A stretch of DNA of 64,000 bases from a virus, in IMG/VR virus record IMGVR_UViG_3300043607_000039, positions 1-64,000 of that record; one strand, written 5' to 3'. Positions 62,231-64,000 of the stretch are shown in pieces (positions within the stretch are counted from its first letter, which is position 1; each line of letters begins with the position of its first letter). The translations under genes and the position numbers were made by a program. The notes below the pieces were generated by a model that made no database searches, was not told the origin of the DNA, and was given only the letters and a program-made list of their open reading frames with translations.

Positions 62231-62270
62231 AAAAAACCCAGAACTTCTTCCCAGAAGTTCTGGGTTTTTT
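62231..62270. terminator. Bidirectional terminator
   Basis: AAAAAACCCAGAACTT...AAGTTCTGGGTTTTTT. Confidence 0.75.
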
Positions 62271-62320
62271 GTCGGTGATCAGGTGTACGTTCCATTGCAC
62301 CTGGAGGAGGGGGTCAGTAG

Positions 62321-63100
62321 ATGGTCGACGATGACGGCTTCGCCCGGTTACCTGGGCCCAACCCGGCCGCCCTCGCGCTCAAGCAGGAGCTGAGCGAGAT
62401 CATCCTGTGGACCGAGCAGAACTCCCCGCGGTCCAAGCAGGTGGCCATCGGCCCATCCGAGCTGGGCGACCCGTGTGACCGCCGGCTGGCCTACCGCATC
62501 GCTGGCGTACCGCCCGTGAACATCTGGTCCGACCCATGGCCGGCCATCGTGGGCACCGCGGTCCACTCCTGGCTCGACAAGGCCATCAACGGGTACCAGG
62601 GGATCAACGGGGACCGGGGCTGGCTAACCGAACTGCGGGTCTCGCCCGACGAGATGGTGCAAGGCTCCAGCGACGTGTTCAACGTCCGGACCGGGACGGT
62701 GGTCGACCACAAGACGTGTGGGGTCGACACGATCCGCAAGCTCCACAAGGGAGGGTCACCCTCCCCGGGCTACATCACGCAGATCCAGCTGTACGGGCTC
62801 GGACATAAGCGAGCCGGCCGCGAGGTCAAGAACGTAGCGTTGATCTTCTACCCCCGCTCGGGCTGGCTCGACGATGCCTTCGTCTGGATCACTCCCTACG
62901 ACGAGTCCGTCGCCACCCGCGCCCTGGACCGGATGTATCAGATCGGCGGCCGGCTGATCGAGCTTGACATCGAATCGAACCCACACCGATTTCAATTAAT
63001 CGATGCCACGCCTGGCGACAGCTGTGTGTGGTGCTCGCACTTCTGCAAGGACAAGGACCCCGACATAGCAGCCGACGAGAAGGGATGCCCAGGACGATGA
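62321..63100 (+). CDS. Cas4-like PD-(D/E)XK exonuclease
   Basis: GPSELG..C.R, GTAVH, G..D..VDHKT, Q.QLY, C.WC. Confidence 0.85.
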   Translation: MVDDDGFARLPGPNPAALALKQELSEIILWTEQNSPRSKQVAIGPSELGDPCDRRLAYRIAGVPPVNIWSDPWPAIVGTAVHSWLDKAINGYQGINGDRGWLTELRVSPDEMVQGSSDVFNVRTGTVVDHKTCGVDTIRKLHKGGSPSPGYITQIQLYGLGHKRAGREVKNVALIFYPRSGWLDDAFVWITPYDESVATRALDRMYQIGGRLIELDIESNPHRFQLIDATPGDSCVWCSHFCKDKDPDIAADEKGCPGR

Positions 63101-63687
63101 GGCCACCATGCAGTGTTGGCGGGTGCAACGGAGCCCACAAGGGGCTCGGTTACTGCATCAAGCACTATTACTGCTTTAAGCGGAATGGGACTGCCGTTCC
63201 GAAGGAACGGCATTGGCGCAAGGCTGCGATTCCCCTCGAAGTATTGGTCCGTACTGGCCTATGTGAGTGTGGATGTGGGCTTCGAACAAAAATAGCAACT
63301 CGTACGCACACAGGGCACGGGATATATGCAGGATTTCCTAATAGGTTCTTAGTCGGTCACGGTAACGCTAAAGGGCGAAGTCATATCGACCAACATGGAT
63401 ATCGGCTCATTCGGAACGAGGATCACAGCGCATCCGGAAGCAGGGGATACGTTGCTGAACACCGAGTTGTAATGGCCCAGATAATAGGTCGTAAATTATG
63501 GAACTTTGAAACCGCTCACCATCTCAATGGAATTCGCTCCGATAACCGGCCTGAGAATCTTGAACTTTGGGCCAAGCCGCAGGTTCCGGGCCAACGCGTC
63601 CAGGACCTTGTGAACTGGGTCATTGAGAACTACCTCACCGAAATCGAAGTTGCCCTGAAAGAAAGAGAGGCTCATGGCCATCGATAA
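63097..63687 (+). CDS. HNH homing endonuclease
   Basis: EHRVVM..HHLNGIRSDNRPENL. Confidence 0.9.
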   Translation: MRPPCSVGGCNGAHKGLGYCIKHYYCFKRNGTAVPKERHWRKAAIPLEVLVRTGLCECGCGLRTKIATRTHTGHGIYAGFPNRFLVGHGNAKGRSHIDQHGYRLIRNEDHSASGSRGYVAEHRVVMAQIIGRKLWNFETAHHLNGIRSDNRPENLELWAKPQVPGQRVQDLVNWVIENYLTEIEVALKEREAHGHR

Positions 63688-63937
63688 CAAGTACGGCCAA
63701 GTGACACTGGAGCGCGGCACCATCGGTGAAGACGAGCCGGTCGTCGTCTTCCGAGCGCAGGACAAGCTCCTAATGGAAGTGTTGGCAAAGTACTACGTCT
63801 TTTGTGAAGAGGCCGGATCGCCACGCAATCACCTTGACCTCATCCTCGACACCATGAACAAAGTGGCTGAATGGCGAGGAAGTCATCCGACCAAAGTCCC
63901 AAGCAGCGATGGGTTTGAAGTCGAGGAGCAAAAATGA
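63674..63937 (+). CDS. Conserved hypothetical protein
   Basis: DEPVVVFRAQD. Confidence 0.6.
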   Translation: MAIDNKYGQVTLERGTIGEDEPVVVFRAQDKLLMEVLAKYYVFCEEAGSPRNHLDLILDTMNKVAEWRGSHPTKVPSSDGFEVEEQK

Positions 63938-64000
63938 TCACCGCACTACCTGGAACAACCGTCTGGATCGAGAGCCCCGACGGCAGAACGAGCGCTCTTG

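Noticed and set aside
62321-63100. CRISPR-Cas system
   Set aside because: The Cas4-like nuclease is solo; no repeat-spacer array or other cas genes were seen.

Overview
High-GC DNA from a large tailed actinobacteriophage (or prophage); the host is probably a filamentous actinomycete. Bases 1-28.2 kb (minus strand) are the head/neck module: a DUF1360-like membrane protein, portal, MuF, two protease-fold genes, a 5,885-aa multi-enzyme 'polyvalent' protein, major capsid, tail tube and adaptor. Bases 28.3-51.8 kb (mostly plus strand) form an island separating portal from terminase. It holds 44 of the window's 45 tRNA genes, which cover all 20 amino acids and include an amber (CUA) tRNA. It also holds an 81-nt tmRNA-like RNA with no mRNA-like domain, several anticodon-less tRNA mimics and structured spacer RNAs, homing endonucleases, tRNA-modifying/repair candidates, secreted enzymes and four paralogous lipoproteins. 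Bases 52.6-55.6 kb encode the large terminase with two inteins. Bases 55.8-64 kb contain a ~600-nt structured leader, an AAA+ ATPase, two ParB-like proteins, a Cas4-like nuclease and an HNH gene. A 16-bp pseudo-palindrome recurs in promoters. All calls were made by eye; no searches were run.
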